From Acidobacteriota bacterium (GTDB lineage Bacteria; Acidobacteriota; Terriglobia; Terriglobales; SCQP01): DNA of 32,000 nucleotides. Shown here piece by piece: positions 31,012 through 32,000 of this stretch. Position 1 is the stretch's first letter, and each line of letters begins with the position of its first letter. A model generated the notes under the pieces. The model had not been told where the DNA came from. It made no database searches and saw nothing but the letters and a program-made list of their open reading frames with translations. Where the stretch lies: positions 1,246-33,245 of the forward strand of contig JAJYIU010000010.1 of NCBI GenBank assembly GCA_021789895.1. Reading direction: 5' to 3'. Made by a program: the position numbers and the translations under genes.

Positions 31012-32000
31012 ATGGATAAAGACCTCCAATCCATTCAAGAGGCCCGCGACTTGGCCGAACGCGCGCACCGCGCCTGCCTCGGCTTTCGCAGCTATTCCCA
31101 AGCCCAAGTTGACGCGATCGTGACCGCCATGGCCGCCGCGGCTGGCCAGCATGCGGAACGCTTGGCCCGGATGGCGGTGGAAGAAACCGGTTACGGACGG
31201 GCGGAAGACAAACTCCAGAAAAATCTGTTTGCTGCGCAGCGCGTGTTTTCCGCCATCCGCGATTTAAAAACGATTGGAATCGTCAACGAGAAAAAAGACG
31301 AGGGCATAATCGAAATTGCCACCTCGGTGGGGGTAGTGGCAGCCATTCTGCCTTCGACCAATCCCACCAGCACGGCGATTTACAAGATTCTGATCGCGAT
31401 CAAATCCGGCAATAGCATCGTAATCAGCCCGCATCCGTCGGCCATGCGGTGTATATGCGAAACGGTAGGCATCATGGCGCAGGCGGCCCGGGCCCAAGGC
31501 GCGCCTGAGGACCTGATCTGCTGCTTCGGGCAGCCTACCATGGCCGGCACCCAGGAATTGATGCGCCACCGGCGCACCAGTGTAATTCTTGCCACTGGCG
31601 GCATGGGTATCGTAAAGGCAGCCTATAGTTCCGGCAAGCCGGCGTTCGGAGTCGGTCCCGGCAATGTGCCCGCATTTATTGATCGCTCCGCCCGGTTGGA
31701 AAAAGCCGTTGCCGACGTGGTTGCCGGTAAAACCTTCGATTGGGGCACGATCTGCTCTTCCGAGCAGGCGCTGGTCGCTGAGCATGCATTGCGTGAACCG
31801 GTGTTGGCCGAGTTACGCAAACAGCGGGCGCAATTTTTAAGTCCGGAGGAAATTCAAAAGCTCGGCCGGGTGCTCATCCTGCCGGATTCATTTACCGTCA
31901 ACCCTCGCTGCGTGGGACAATCGCCGCAAAAGCTGGGCGAACTATCCGGCATCGCTGTGGCTCCGGATACTCGAGTTTTGATTGCCGAACTGCCGGGCAT
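31012..32000 (+). CDS. CoA-acylating-type aldehyde dehydrogenase, BMC-associated (3' truncated by window edge)
   Basis: Open frame ATG 31012 to window end, absent from ORF track: [34 protein letters not shown]...[44 protein letters not shown]...[13 protein letters not shown]...[16 protein letters not shown] (catalytic Cys), AdhE/EutE/PduP-like. Confidence 0.9.
   Translation, partial: MDKDLQSIQEARDLAERAHRACLGFRSYSQAQVDAIVTAMAAAAGQHAERLARMAVEETGYGRAEDKLQKNLFAAQRVFSAIRDLKTIGIVNEKKDEGIIEIATSVGVVAAILPSTNPTSTAIYKILIAIKSGNSIVISPHPSAMRCICETVGIMAQAARAQGAPEDLICCFGQPTMAGTQELMRHRRTSVILATGGMGIVKAAYSSGKPAFGVGPGNVPAFIDRSARLEKAVADVVAGKTFDWGTICSSEQALVAEHALREPVLAELRKQRAQFLSPEEIQKLGRVLILPDSFTVNPRCVGQSPQKLGELSGIAVAPDTRVLIAELPG

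Overview
High-GC bacterial chromosomal segment, with gene content and an Oar-like TonB receptor that look Acidobacteriota-like (inference only). Most of it is housekeeping or metabolic: a DsbA-like/rhodanese fusion (truncated at left edge), tmRNA (ssrA, minus strand, tag readable as ANQQLAYAA), Slt-type lytic transglycosylase, lepB, rnc, two secreted TPR-containing proteins, a large TonB-dependent receptor, HMG-CoA lyase, a biotin-dependent carboxyltransferase, rho, a small CxxC protein, ybeY, a PhoH-family ATPase, rpsT, a DUF457-like membrane protein, ligA, a MerR-HTH/TPR fusion, gamma-glutamyltranspeptidase, a sugar isomerase/epimerase-like TIM barrel, asnS, arginase, a GMC oxidoreductase with a Tat-signal gluconate-2-dehydrogenase-subunit-3-like partner, and a lone Smr-domain protein. 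At the right edge are a bacterial microcompartment (BMC-H) shell protein and a CoA-acylating-type aldehyde dehydrogenase that runs off the window and is missing from the ORF track. The most unusual non-coding stretch is 780-1500: an AT-rich island, an extended -10 promoter, a boxA-like motif with no rRNA behind it, and two diverged ~117-bp direct repeats carrying ~10-bp iteron-like units, all beside ssrA. I found no CRISPR array, complete mobile element or rRNA gene. All calls come from reading the sequence; no database search was run.
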